From Craspedostauros australis (Eukaryota): a stretch of 49,580 nt of DNA. The position numbers and the translations under genes were made by a program. Shown here in pieces: positions 1-9,681 of this stretch. The stretch is from positions 1 through 49,580 of the forward strand of contig JALAGF010002067.1 in the NCBI GenBank assembly GCA_030167865.1, written 5' to 3'. Position 1 is the first letter of the stretch, and every line of letters starts with the position of its first letter. The notes under the pieces are model-generated. The model had not been told where the DNA came from, searched no databases, and worked only from the letters and a program-made list of their open reading frames with translations.

Positions 1-2
1 GC

Positions 3-2816
3 AGAGGACCTCCGCAGCAGGTGCAGTATCAAGCTGCTGTTTCGGGACATCAGGCCATGACTCCAACCATGAACATGAACACGAACATGAATCCGAATAC
101 GAGCGCAGGTGCAGATGTAGGCACGCAAATGATGATGAATGAAGTTCGTCGCAGAGATGATGACCGATACGCACCCGCACCGAGGAGAACGCCGCCGGCG
201 ACGGCAACCAACGTCATCCCCAACGAGTTCTTCTCGCCGCTCAGTTACTCCCTCTCTGTCGATTCATCGAAGCATTTCATCGAGCCTCCGAGCGTGCCAA
301 GGCCACCACCTCCGACCCAGCAACTTCATGAGGAACCAAACGTGCAGCAACTTCTGAACCATCACACAGCACCACATACGAGTACTAGCAAAAGCATGGC
401 AGAAAATCTATCTCCCGTGTTCGATTACCATCATCATCCGCAACCACATACGCAGCCAGTCACTCATCGCAAGATCAAGCAACCGCAATCGCAAGCCCAT
501 GATGCCCCCACACCAGCAGATGCCAACTCGCGGGGATCTGCCTGGTCGGCGGATTGGAAGCGATTGATCATGCTCTCCCCAGATGGCAAGCCGGTCGTCC
601 AGATGCCGCAAGTTGCGGAAAAGCAACCAGCTGCATCTGTGTCAGCACGGCGAACTTCGACAGCCGCACAAGGCACGGCAGGCACAGCATTGCAACAAAA
701 CAAGCCAGTTCTGGAGTCACAGGACGTGCACGAATTGCTGTCCTACATAGATGGCCTTGGTTTCGCATCACCACGATTGCATCAGGAGCTTCGCCGGCTT
801 GCATCAACCGATGCGAACGAAGACGAGGAGGTTACAAATGGCGTTGGCGTTGGCGTTGGCGCTGGGTCCATGACTGTGGATGCATCGCAATTGTCCAACC
901 GAAACGCACTCATGACTCCCTCCAGGGGCCGTCGTCACATCAACTCGAAGATCCGTGTGCCTCCCATGACATCTGTTAAGTTTCCGCGTGAGCTCCATCA
1001 ATCACCATCGAGATCAGCGTTGTCTGATAGAACGAATGCCATCTCCAACGTTGCGGGAGCGTCATCACTGAATCAGTCGCAAGGAATGCATCATAAGCAG
1101 CCCTACAAACAAGCTTCTTCCCAGGAGCAGGCGTATCCACAAGCTGTCAAGATGGGAGCACAGCACTCCGCAGTTAAAGTACAAGGCAATCTAGCTGCCT
1201 TTGAATCCAGCACGGCTCATCGCCCTGATCCTCCGATTGTTGATATGTCGACAGAATATCAGGGATCTGTGGGTGTTTCTCGGAGCAATCACGACGCAGT
1301 TGCAGATGAAAGTGGTGGAAACGTCGCCGACCGCAGTTCCTCGCTGCTGGGCACTTCGTACATCTCGATGGCGTCCAGAACCATGTCATCACAGCCAACA
1401 GTTCCAACACCACAGCAGCAACACCAACAGAAGGATGTACACACGCATGAAACTGCATTGCAAGCCAACTATCCAACGTGGGAGAGCCCGCAACACTTTG
1501 CTGACATGTCACGAGACAGATACGAGCCGATGGCACCGCCGAACACGAACAGGACGAATCGGACGAACAGATCTCAGAAGACCCAAAAGTCCACGTCCTA
1601 TGCGGCTAGTCCTTCACCAGCCCAACTGCTCCCACCAACATCCACACCGGCGGCTGCATCTTTTGCAGCCCAAATCGAACAATCACAAGGCACACCTGCA
1701 CCAAACGGCACGCCAGNACATGGAAAAGACTCGAGAATTGTGAAGCAACTGTTGGAAAAGGCCGTCGCAACCTTGAATGATGCTCAGAGAGAACGGGACT
1801 CTGCCAGGGAATGGGCCGAATCTGTGAAGACGTCTGTCGGCCAATGGGCAGCTGAACAGCGCAATCTACTTGACTTCGAAAAGCATCAACAGCAACAGCA
1901 GAAGGAACAAAAGAAGCACCAGGAGGATAGTGAACTTCATCGAAAGGATCAGCTGGATAGGGAGGCTCTCTCGCAACAGCACTTGCAGCAGCAGACCCAT
2001 CTCATCCAGTCACTGGAGGGAGCGGTGCTTGAGCTTCAGAAGCAAGTCACGCATGAACATCAGAAACGCCAGAGCACTGAAGCATCCCTCCAAGACTTGC
2101 TTGTTAATCAGCAATCCAAGATGCAGCAGCTCGGTAATCAACTGAGCTCGGTGGAGCAGCTAGTTGTCAGCGCAACCAGCACCAGCGGCAGAACTTTGGG
2201 ATCGTCGCTCAAATCTGACAGCCCGCAAGATCGCTTCTCAAATCAGCGCTACGGGAACGTGGCCTCCGATGAAATCCCGCGTCACGTTGCTCAAACTCCC
2301 GCGAATCAGCCCATCCGACATGCCGACGATCCAACGACCACTGTGATGGCGCACAAGCGCGCAGCCAACCATTTCATCGACGCTCCGCACCAATCGCAAG
2401 GAGGCAGGCTGTTCCAGGCCGCAGGTGCAGTTGTTGCTGATGGCCCCCAACTGACACATCAGCAAACCGCCACCAATGGCCCAGAGCAAGCAACAGAACG
2501 CAGGCGCCGACGAACCAAAGAGGTCACCGATCGTGGGTACATGATCCGGTACAGCAATGGAGTCCAGAAGGAAGTCCATCACGATGGCACCACAGTAACT
2601 CGGTTTGTGAATGGCGACGTCGAGACCAAGCTTCCCCATTCCGGCAGCGTCGCCTACTTCCACGCCGGTGATCAAGTGCTGCAAATCACATTGCCAGATC
2701 AATCTGTCCTGTACGAGTACTCCAACCAGCAAATGGAACGACATCTGCCGAATGGAGACAAGGTCATCATGTTCCCCAACGGAATGAAGCAGGTGTTGAG
2801 GTGTGGAGCGGTGTGA
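3..2816 (+). CDS. Low-complexity/coiled-coil protein with C-terminal Tcp10_C (SAS-4/CENPJ G-box-like) domain; 5' end probably outside the window
   Basis: Frame is open from base 3 to TGA at 2816. The C-terminal ~90 aa has repeated NG/DG beta-hairpin turns (RYSNGVQKEVHHDGTTVTRFVNGDVE...YEYSNQQMERHLPNGDKVIMFPNG) typical of Tcp10_C. A Q/E-rich coiled-coil region precedes it. One ambiguous base (n) at 1717. Confidence 0.7.
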   Translation, partial: RGPPQQVQYQAAVSGHQAMTPTMNMNTNMNPNTSAGADVGTQMMMNEVRRRDDDRYAPAPRRTPPATATNVIPNEFFSPLSYSLSVDSSKHFIEPPSVPRPPPPTQQLHEEPNVQQLLNHHTAPHTSTSKSMAENLSPVFDYHHHPQPHTQPVTHRKIKQPQSQAHDAPTPADANSRGSAWSADWKRLIMLSPDGKPVVQMPQVAEKQPAASVSARRTSTAAQGTAGTALQQNKPVLESQDVHELLSYIDGLGFASPRLHQELRRLASTDANEDEEVTNGVGVGVGAGSMTVDASQLSNRNALMTPSRGRRHINSKIRVPPMTSVKFPRELHQSPSRSALSDRTNAISNVAGASSLNQSQGMHHKQPYKQASSQEQAYPQAVKMGAQHSAVKVQGNLAAFESSTAHRPDPPIVDMSTEYQGSVGVSRSNHDAVADESGGNVADRSSSLLGTSYISMASRTMSSQPTVPTPQQQHQQKDVHTHETALQANYPTWESPQHFADMSRDRYEPMAPPNTNRTNRTNRSQKTQKSTSYAASPSPAQLLPPTSTPAAASFAAQIEQSQGTPAPNGTPXHGKDSRIVKQLLEKAVATLNDAQRERDSAREWAESVKTSVGQWAAEQRNLLDFEKHQQQQQKEQKKHQEDSELHRKDQLDREALSQQHLQQQTHLIQSLEGAVLELQKQVTHEHQKRQSTEASLQDLLVNQQSKMQQLGNQLSSVEQLVVSATSTSGRTLGSSLKSDSPQDRFSNQRYGNVASDEIPRHVAQTPANQPIRHADDPTTTVMAHKRAANHFIDAPHQSQGGRLFQAAGAVVADGPQLTHQQTATNGPEQATERRRRRTKEVTDRGYMIRYSNGVQKEVHHDGTTVTRFVNGDVETKLPHSGSVAYFHAGDQVLQITLPDQSVLYEYSNQQMERHLPNGDKVIMFPNGMKQVLRCGAV

Positions 2817-3358
2817 CGCAATTTCGGCCTGCATGTTCGTACGCAACGGTAGACACGGGATCATTGCGGATACGACCATGATTTATCATGCTCGCCGAGC
2901 GAGTTGACCAACTGTTGAAATCAACATTCTCACTTTTTTCGCTGATTTTCAAACTAATCACATATTCATAATCTCCGTAGTCTCTTTCGGTATGGTTAAC
3001 CTTTTCAGTTCGTAGCTATTTCCAGTTTAAGTTTTATGAACCGATCAATGTGTTCATTCTCGTCACATGGGTCCATCAGCACAAAACTCGTTGTTGTTGG
3101 CCGAAGGTTCTATGTTCTCGTGGATTTATCGGCAGTGCCGAAGTACATGGATGCCAAGTTTCGCCTTGATCGGAGGTCCAAAATCAAAGTATCACGCGTG
3201 GATCACATCGCTCTTCGCTCGCAAGAGTAGATTCAAATCTACTGCTCGCCAGTTTTCGATGTTTGACCACAGCCACAACCGCAAAGTCAGTTAATAGATC
3301 GTACAGGTACAGGAAGCTACATTCCGCTTTACGTACAGTACAGACTCGGATGCGCAAC

Positions 3359-5203
3359 TCAATCCTCCATCACATACTCCCAACTGGCCATATATTTCCA
3401 GTCGTCTCGGATCGACCAATCTCTCTTTTCCGTTTCGTCACCCTCCCACGTCTGGTTGAGACTTTGTAGAAATCCCTCCCAAGATTCCTCATGGGCAAAA
3501 AGTCGCTTTATGTCGACACTGCACACCTCGCGTTTCGTGATAGTGACTTTACGGAAGGCTGCACGGTGCTCCAGTTCGCCCTGTGGCGACGCATACAGCT
3601 CCGGGAACATCCTCTTTTCGACGCCGAGTGAGAAATTCAGCATCTTTTCCAATTCCGTTTCCTTCGGACATGCCAAGGGGAGGTCTGCCATGGTCTTGTT
3701 GATGACTCGGCTGTGGTACTTTGCCAGGTCATCTGTCATCTCGATTCTGGTCTTGTTGGCCTGCATGCCCTTCGTGATCAACCCGCGATGGGCGGCAGCG
3801 TAGACGATCGCATTGTAATTGTACCATGCCATGCTGCGAGCATTCGTGACTGTGCCCTCTGACTTGCCTCGCAAGAACTGGCACGATGCTGGCGCATCTG
3901 TAATGATGCTACACATCAGCTGCTGGCTGATGTGCTCCTTCCCATGCACATTGAGAAACTCAAAGTTGAACCCAGCTTTCTCCAGCAGGTAGTGGGAAGC
4001 GTCGGAGTAAATGTATTTGTTGGTTTGAGTTGTGCAAAATTCCTCAGTTCTACAGGAGGAGATGCTAGTCCGGACCCACGATGTCAGTAGTGCCCACGTC
4101 TGACTAGCCTTCACGCCACCCTCAGCAGCCCATTTGCCATTCTTACCTGTTCCCGTCAGGTCTTTCGAGTTGGATTCCTTGATGCTACTGAGCATCCATT
4201 CAACGGCCCTGCGGTATGTGGCGAGGATGGTAATATCCCAATCCTTCAGGATGTGTTGGATGTTGGCAAGGTATTCCCGATTTCTATAAATCCCCGATGA
4301 TCCAAAACGCACTCTGTAGGAGTTTGCTTCATCACTCAAAATCAATGAGATCCCATCCTCATGCATGGTGTCCAGCAGATGCTGGATACGTTGGATGCAT
4401 GGCGGAATCTCAATGGATGGCTCCACCGTCAGCTGAGACGATGCCTTCAACGAGCCATCCTCCTGCGGCGTTTCGCGAGTCTGATTGCGATAATCTGCGT
4501 AGCTCCGCATGCAGTCCTCCTCCCACAAACCTTTTAGCACCTTCAATTTTGTGCCTTTGTGCAGATTTCCTGAGTGGCCACGTCCCCAGAACATGTACTT
4601 GTCTTGGATCAGCATCCCATTTTCGCTCAAATCCTTTAGATCGCCCTGGACGGTGGTCGTTGCGGTCTTGGATGGGCCAATGTGATAGATGAACCTCGTC
4701 TTGTTTTTCTTGCCTACAGTTGTTGACTGCGGCTGTTGTTCTTGGGGTTGTTGTTGTGGTTGTTGTTGTTGTGGTTGTTGTTGTTGTTGTTGTTGGTCTA
4801 GTTGTTGGTCTAGTTGTTGGTCTAGTTGTTCTTGCGGTTGTTGCTGGTCTAGTTGCTCTTGCGATTGCTGCTCTTGCGATTGTTGCTCTTGCAACTGCTG
4901 CTCTTGCAACTGTTGCTCTTGCAACTGTTGCTGCCCTGGTTGTTCTTGCGGTTGTTGTTCCTGTGACTGTTCTTGCTGCTCTTCGGGTGGCTGTTCTGGC
5001 CGCGCTTCCGCGTCAGAACTGTATGACTCGACCTCGGCGTCGGCGTGGATGACTTCAGCGTCCTTCAACTTCGGTGCCAAAAACTTCCGCAAATCCGTCT
5101 TGGAGAGGGTCATTGATTGCACCAGCAGACAGATGACGACGACAATCATGAGCCGAGCCATCCGTCGGCAGTGCTGTTTTTTCTTTGGCTGCGCGTCTTC
5201 CAT
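3359..5203 (-). CDS. Type II membrane protein with Gln-rich stalk and sulfotransferase-like domain
   Basis: First ATG at 5203 (MEDAQPKKK). Basic tail, then hydrophobic anchor (LMIVVVICLLV), QEQQ repeats, then FIYHIGPSKTATTTVQ (resembles the 5'-PAPS-binding loop HxxKTxxT) and ILATYRRAVEWMLS (resembles the 3'-PB motif). Confidence 0.6.
   Translation of the reverse strand: MEDAQPKKKQHCRRMARLMIVVVICLLVQSMTLSKTDLRKFLAPKLKDAEVIHADAEVESYSSDAEARPEQPPEEQQEQSQEQQPQEQPGQQQLQEQQLQEQQLQEQQSQEQQSQEQLDQQQPQEQLDQQLDQQLDQQQQQQQPQQQQPQQQPQEQQPQSTTVGKKNKTRFIYHIGPSKTATTTVQGDLKDLSENGMLIQDKYMFWGRGHSGNLHKGTKLKVLKGLWEEDCMRSYADYRNQTRETPQEDGSLKASSQLTVEPSIEIPPCIQRIQHLLDTMHEDGISLILSDEANSYRVRFGSSGIYRNREYLANIQHILKDWDITILATYRRAVEWMLSSIKESNSKDLTGTGKNGKWAAEGGVKASQTWALLTSWVRTSISSCRTEEFCTTQTNKYIYSDASHYLLEKAGFNFEFLNVHGKEHISQQLMCSIITDAPASCQFLRGKSEGTVTNARSMAWYNYNAIVYAAAHRGLITKGMQANKTRIEMTDDLAKYHSRVINKTMADLPLACPKETELEKMLNFSLGVEKRMFPELYASPQGELEHRAAFRKVTITKREVCSVDIKRLFAHEESWEGFLQSLNQTWEGDETEKRDWSIRDDWKYMASWEYVMED
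4730..4990 (-). repeat. Coding tandem repeats (15-nt QEQQL/QEQQS, 12-nt QQLD, CAA runs)
   Basis: Direct repeats such as ttgctcttgcaactg and tctagttgttgg are visible on the + strand. Confidence 0.9.
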
Positions 5204-5458
5204 CGTTGTGCGGTTCAAGTTTGGATTCGAGCCTGATGGCTACCCGAAGCTGCGATGATGCCCCGGCACCGGAGAGAATGCTCTTCCACTTGACCTCAGT
5301 GCTGTTCTCCTCGACTGGAATTGTTCCTGGTGGTGATGGCGATGGCACCGGTGGTGGTGTGGCGGTGATAGAAGTGAAGCGGCCGATGGTGATTGGTGAT
5401 GATGCCATGGGCACGGGACTGTGCCCTGTGAGTGCCCAAGCAAATCCAGAGATGTTTG

Positions 5459-5557
5459 TGTGAGAGGAGACTGTGAATTGGGGAAACACAGAATTTATGA
5501 GGTGTTCCTGTGGTGAGAGGAAGACGAGCACAGTCGGACATAGGCCAGACTGTGACA
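5459..5557 (-). repeat. 3' LTR (99 bp)
   Basis: tgtgagagg...gactgtgaca, base-for-base identical to 11752-11850. Confidence 0.97.
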
Positions 5558-5564
5558 CCCCCCC
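5558..5564 (-). other. Polypurine tract (G7) abutting the 3' LTR
   Basis: ccccccc on + reads GGGGGGG on the element strand, immediately before the LTR's TG. Confidence 0.85.
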
Positions 5565-5628
5565 ACGATCGCGAGGTCCAGAGGACCGCGTGATCGGAAC
5601 GCTAATTAACTAAGGTAATGAATATATA

Positions 5629-8600
5629 TCAAACATGCGCATGTGTAAGAGCCGCCGCCCAGGGAGGAACATTGCGCCCAGATAGGCAGTCCCAATGGCG
5701 AACGAACAGGGGAGGCGTAGTCTGTTTGGTGCCGATGTCACCAGCATTGACCGCTGAATCGATGTCGCGGAACAACACCATGTCGTTCTCAACCCACTGT
5801 TGTATGGCAAAGTGCCGAATCTCAACATGCCGAGTGCGCCTGGAAGGTTGACCGGCATTGGCGATCATGAGCGCCCCTCGATTGTCCTCGTAGAGCACCG
5901 TAGCACGCGATTGAGGTACTCCGAGCTCATCGAGCGTGCTTCGAAGGCATAGCGCCATGCGGCCCGCATCAGAAGCGCACAGAAGCTCCGCTTCAGTGCT
6001 GGACAGCGCGACGGTGGGCTGAACCCGTGCCTTCCAAGCCACGGCGCCACCAGCAAGCTTGAACGCCATGCTGGACACGGAGCGACGATGTCGTGAGTCA
6101 GACGCCCAGTCGCTGTCAGCGTACCCGTAGACCACAGATGGATCGTCATCGGGATGGACGTGACGCACATCATGTGGCTCCGAGACACGCAACGGAACAT
6201 CCACTTGTGGGAGAGCCGGCACCACCTTGGTGCGATGAAACGTGATGCCCTGCGTGCAAGTGGCGAACAGATACCGGAAGACTCGTTTGACGGCAGTGAA
6301 GTGTGCCAGTCCTGGAGCTGCGGAGAATTGCGCAAGCTTTATCACAGGAAACGCGATGTCAGGTCGGCACGTCACCATGGGCCAGATCAGCTCACCGATG
6401 GCGGCACGATAGGACCCAAAAGTAAGTTGAGCATGCTGTAGCCCAGCACCATCCAGAGGCGGCTCATCGTCCAGCATGCGGACATGACTGTTGTCAACCG
6501 CCATGGGCGTGCGAACCCCATGCATATCAGTCCATGCATGTCGCTCAAAGACCTTGTCCAGATACATGCCATTGTGCATCGAGATGTGCGTGCTGGTTTG
6601 AATGAGGTCCGTGCCATTGAAGTGCTTCAGTACGCCAAACCGCTTCATGGGAACGAAGAGGAATGCATCCAGCTCGTCGCAGATCCGTGCGTATGTACTC
6701 TCCGTCGCACACGCGATGGCGAAGTCATCGACCTGTCTCAGAAACAGTACGTCGTGACCATAGTAACGCGCACGGTATAGGCATGGAGCATGTGTCGTAG
6801 GTACGAACCCCATGCGCTGCAGTTGTGCGTCAATGTGCCGCGCCCACTGGCGTGGCGCCTCGGGATGCCCTTGCAGGTTCTTCTGGATGGGTATGACGTG
6901 CCCATAAGGTATGGGAGAGCGACCTTGTGATGCCCACCAGTCCGCGAACGGTTGATCCACGTGCATGTAGTACTTCTGAGCCCCGCATGGCGCCTCTGCA
7001 AATGCGTTGGAGACGTCGGCACCATAGATACATTTGTTCTCCATAGCCGCAACGGCAAGAAACAACCTGAAATCTGTGGCATCCGGAGTGGCTGTGAAAG
7101 TATGCCCAGTATTCACTGCCTTGCCAGCACGCGGTGAACCATCGCAGACTGCTCTGGCCTTGCGCCTCGTTTCGGTGGGGTTCTGTTTGAGGACATACAC
7201 CCACACCCAATGGAACACTTGGTCGCCCGGTCGCATCGCGACAGGCTTGCCAAACATGCCTTGGTCTGCATATTGCTGCAGCTGCTTGTGCTCGGATTGT
7301 TGCCAAAGCTCCCAGTCGTCTTGCTTGCGGAGCGCTCGTCTTGTGAGCTTCATGACGGTGCGCGTGGCAGACGCATCATCACACGCCAGTGCTTGCTTCG
7401 CCCGTTGGCATAGACCGCGTATGTCGCGCCATTGATCGAAGTAGAGTTGTATGAGACCCTTCTCGGACAGCGTGTTACGGACGGCGTCAAACGCAAAGGT
7501 CATGACGACATGCGGATTGCCATCCTCGCGAGCTGCCGACACCGCCTGTTCGAGTTCATGGACGTTGTGTATCTCCACTCCGTCCACAGCAAGAAGATAT
7601 GCGTGTCGTAGCCGATACCGCCACTGAGGAATCCTCCGGGCGCGATGCCCAGACGGGATGTCCAGTAGTCGAAGACGACCGCGCGTGTTATTGTCGTTCC
7701 AGACAATCCCGAGCTGCGGATGTTGCCCGAATAGTGGAATGTCCACGTCGAACGCCGTGTCGAATGGATGACTCGAGAAGTCAAGGAGCATCACGCCGCG
7801 TACCGAAACGTCCGTGGATACAGCAGCAGCCGAGGCCCCAGTGGGCATGACCATGCCTTCTCGAAGTGGCAGCGGCACGAGTGTAGCATCCCCACATGCA
7901 CGAGGAACCTTGTGAAGTACCACTGAGGGTTGACACGCCAGTGGTATGGCCTTGGAGGCGGTGCCGTCGCTGACATCGTCGCCGTCGTCTGGACATTCCA
8001 CGCCAAGGTCGAACAGGAGCTGTGCGGAGGGAGGTCGCTTGTTGCTCATGAAGTGTGCCTCATCAAATACCACAGACCCGCCAATCTTGACAGTGCCGGA
8101 CGTCATGTCGTAGTACCGGATGTTGACGCCATCCCCAAGGAATCCAAGGAAGATCCCGCGGTACGTATGGACGTCAAGCTTGCGCGCCGGCTTATCAGGC
8201 TTGCGCACGGTGACCAGGGCACCAAACACGCGTAGATGTGCAATGTCTGGCTTCACGCCATTAAGCGCCTCGTACGGCGTGCGCCCAATCGCAGAGCTCC
8301 ACATGCGGTTGCGTAGGTATGCGGAGTGAACGATGGCCGCGGACCAGAATTTGGGTTCCAGTCCTGCTCCATACAGCATGGACCTGACCATGACTGCAAG
8401 CACGCGATTGAGTCGCTCGACTTTGCCATTGCGATGGTGCACCCCGGAACCTGTGGGCTCCAGAACGTACCCCATGCCGCGAACCATGCCGGAAAACTCT
8501 TTGGAAGTGAAGAGCTCGCCGCCATGGTCGACGCGAAGCGCGCGGTACCCCGTTTGAAGGCCGAATCTTTGGAGATGCTCTCGCACAAGCTCGATGGGAG

Positions 8601-9681
8601 CACGTTTGCCGTCCGTAGGGAATACCCATGTGTATCGAGACACTGCATCCACAATGATGAGGTACGCGGTGCACCCATCAAAGGACGCCACCACAGGAGG
8701 CATGCCCTTCACCTTGTAATATCGGGCTGAACTGGCGCGCATGTACCCGAAGTCCAGGTGAAAGCGAGATCCATTCATCATATGACCCACTTGGGAGACG
8801 CCACCCCGTGGCTGTCGCTGTGCGTGTGCGTCCAGACACGCGTCACACGAGCGCAACGGATGCCTGTCTAGAGCCACAGAAGACGGTAGCCCAATGGAGT
8901 GCTTGGGGAGCTGTACCATCTGCTGGTGACCTGGATGACCAAGGCGTTGATGCCAAATTTCATACGACAGTGCACCACTGACGGCGTGGGCGACGTGCTT
9001 GTGTGCAGAGTATATGGTGGAGAAGAAGAAGAGATCGTTCGTCCTCACCATGGAGGCACGCTTGAACGTCGCAGCATCCTTTGTGTAGAACCGGACATGC
9101 GGATCATTGCGGTCACGACACACAACGTCGAATGTGTGAAAGACCTGCGAGTGCTCACATATGAGCTGGGGCGACAGCAGGGTGGCTGAGACATGTTCGC
9201 AGAAGAACATGGGAATGGGAATGACGTCGCCATCGTCCAGTCGGAAGGGGAACACTCCCTTGTGTGAGCACATCATGGCCTTGGACCGCGCATCCGCACC
9301 AGAAAGGTTGAGTGGATGTTCGAGCATACGACAGTCGATGAGCATGGCCTTGATACTGGTCACCAATATGTTGGCGCCCAAGTCACACTGCTGTCCCACC
9401 ATGTGATTGAATTGTCCGATGGGGACCACTTGGTGCAGCATCGGTACCGTCGACTCGTCCGCAGATAGCGAATGTGCGTGACACACATCGACTATGCAAG
9501 ACTGATCCACCATTGCCCAGCCACGGACGCGGCGTTGGACTGTACTGCTCTTGTGCGCAGGTTTGGCATCGAGCGCCGGCAGAGTGTCACCAACAGTGAC
9601 AGATCCTGCGCCTGCCGCGCTACCCATGAGAGCAAGCCGTTCACGAGGAGGTGCCTCTCCTCGCCGGCTTAGGGAAAATCC
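5629..9681 (-). CDS. pol: Copia pol polyprotein (protease, integrase, PDZ-like insert, RT, RNase H), probably expressed by -1 frameshift from gag
   Basis: Protease-like CDLGAN; integrase WHQRLGH...CDAC and D-D-E motifs (FHLDF, RVDHGGE, KVERLNR); RT KARAVC, DVSNAF, LQGHPEAPRQW, RQVDDF; RNase H YADSDWA, SSTEAE, YEDN, RHVEIR, NAGDIGTK. First ATG is at 9627, but the frame is open back to a TGA at 9717-9715. Confidence 0.95.
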   Translation of the reverse strand, partial: GFSLSRRGEAPPRERLALMGSAAGAGSVTVGDTLPALDAKPAHKSSTVQRRVRGWAMVDQSCIVDVCHAHSLSADESTVPMLHQVVPIGQFNHMVGQQCDLGANILVTSIKAMLIDCRMLEHPLNLSGADARSKAMMCSHKGVFPFRLDDGDVIPIPMFFCEHVSATLLSPQLICEHSQVFHTFDVVCRDRNDPHVRFYTKDAATFKRASMVRTNDLFFFSTIYSAHKHVAHAVSGALSYEIWHQRLGHPGHQQMVQLPKHSIGLPSSVALDRHPLRSCDACLDAHAQRQPRGGVSQVGHMMNGSRFHLDFGYMRASSARYYKVKGMPPVVASFDGCTAYLIIVDAVSRYTWVFPTDGKRAPIELVREHLQRFGLQTGYRALRVDHGGELFTSKEFSGMVRGMGYVLEPTGSGVHHRNGKVERLNRVLAVMVRSMLYGAGLEPKFWSAAIVHSAYLRNRMWSSAIGRTPYEALNGVKPDIAHLRVFGALVTVRKPDKPARKLDVHTYRGIFLGFLGDGVNIRYYDMTSGTVKIGGSVVFDEAHFMSNKRPPSAQLLFDLGVECPDDGDDVSDGTASKAIPLACQPSVVLHKVPRACGDATLVPLPLREGMVMPTGASAAAVSTDVSVRGVMLLDFSSHPFDTAFDVDIPLFGQHPQLGIVWNDNNTRGRLRLLDIPSGHRARRIPQWRYRLRHAYLLAVDGVEIHNVHELEQAVSAAREDGNPHVVMTFAFDAVRNTLSEKGLIQLYFDQWRDIRGLCQRAKQALACDDASATRTVMKLTRRALRKQDDWELWQQSEHKQLQQYADQGMFGKPVAMRPGDQVFHWVWVYVLKQNPTETRRKARAVCDGSPRAGKAVNTGHTFTATPDATDFRLFLAVAAMENKCIYGADVSNAFAEAPCGAQKYYMHVDQPFADWWASQGRSPIPYGHVIPIQKNLQGHPEAPRQWARHIDAQLQRMGFVPTTHAPCLYRARYYGHDVLFLRQVDDFAIACATESTYARICDELDAFLFVPMKRFGVLKHFNGTDLIQTSTHISMHNGMYLDKVFERHAWTDMHGVRTPMAVDNSHVRMLDDEPPLDGAGLQHAQLTFGSYRAAIGELIWPMVTCRPDIAFPVIKLAQFSAAPGLAHFTAVKRVFRYLFATCTQGITFHRTKVVPALPQVDVPLRVSEPHDVRHVHPDDDPSVVYGYADSDWASDSRHRRSVSSMAFKLAGGAVAWKARVQPTVALSSTEAELLCASDAGRMALCLRSTLDELGVPQSRATVLYEDNRGALMIANAGQPSRRTRHVEIRHFAIQQWVENDMVLFRDIDSAVNAGDIGTKQTTPPLFVRHWDCLSGRNVPPWAAALTHAHV
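9634..9681 (-). promoter_or_regulatory. Putative -1 programmed ribosomal frameshift signal: G_GAU_UUU heptamer plus bulged stem-loop
   Basis: Element strand reads CAG GAT TTT CCC TAA (gag end), and its -1 frame runs into pol. Hairpin at 9670-9634: AAGCCG-GCGAGGAG-[AGGCAC]-CUCCUCGU-(GAA)-CGGCUU. Confidence 0.8.

Noticed and set aside
4689-5258. Cys-rich, metallothionein-like + strand ORF
   Set aside because: It is the antisense reading of the CAA/CAG Gln repeats.
5055-5558. ORFs 5055-5558 and 11567-11989 sharing an identical peptide
   Set aside because: The shared peptide is simply the translated LTR.
5577-9660. Long-range pairing between the frameshift hairpin (AGAGG) and the 3' hairpin (CCUCU), as in some plant viruses
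   Set aside because: Only 5 bp and partly buried in stems, so expected by chance.
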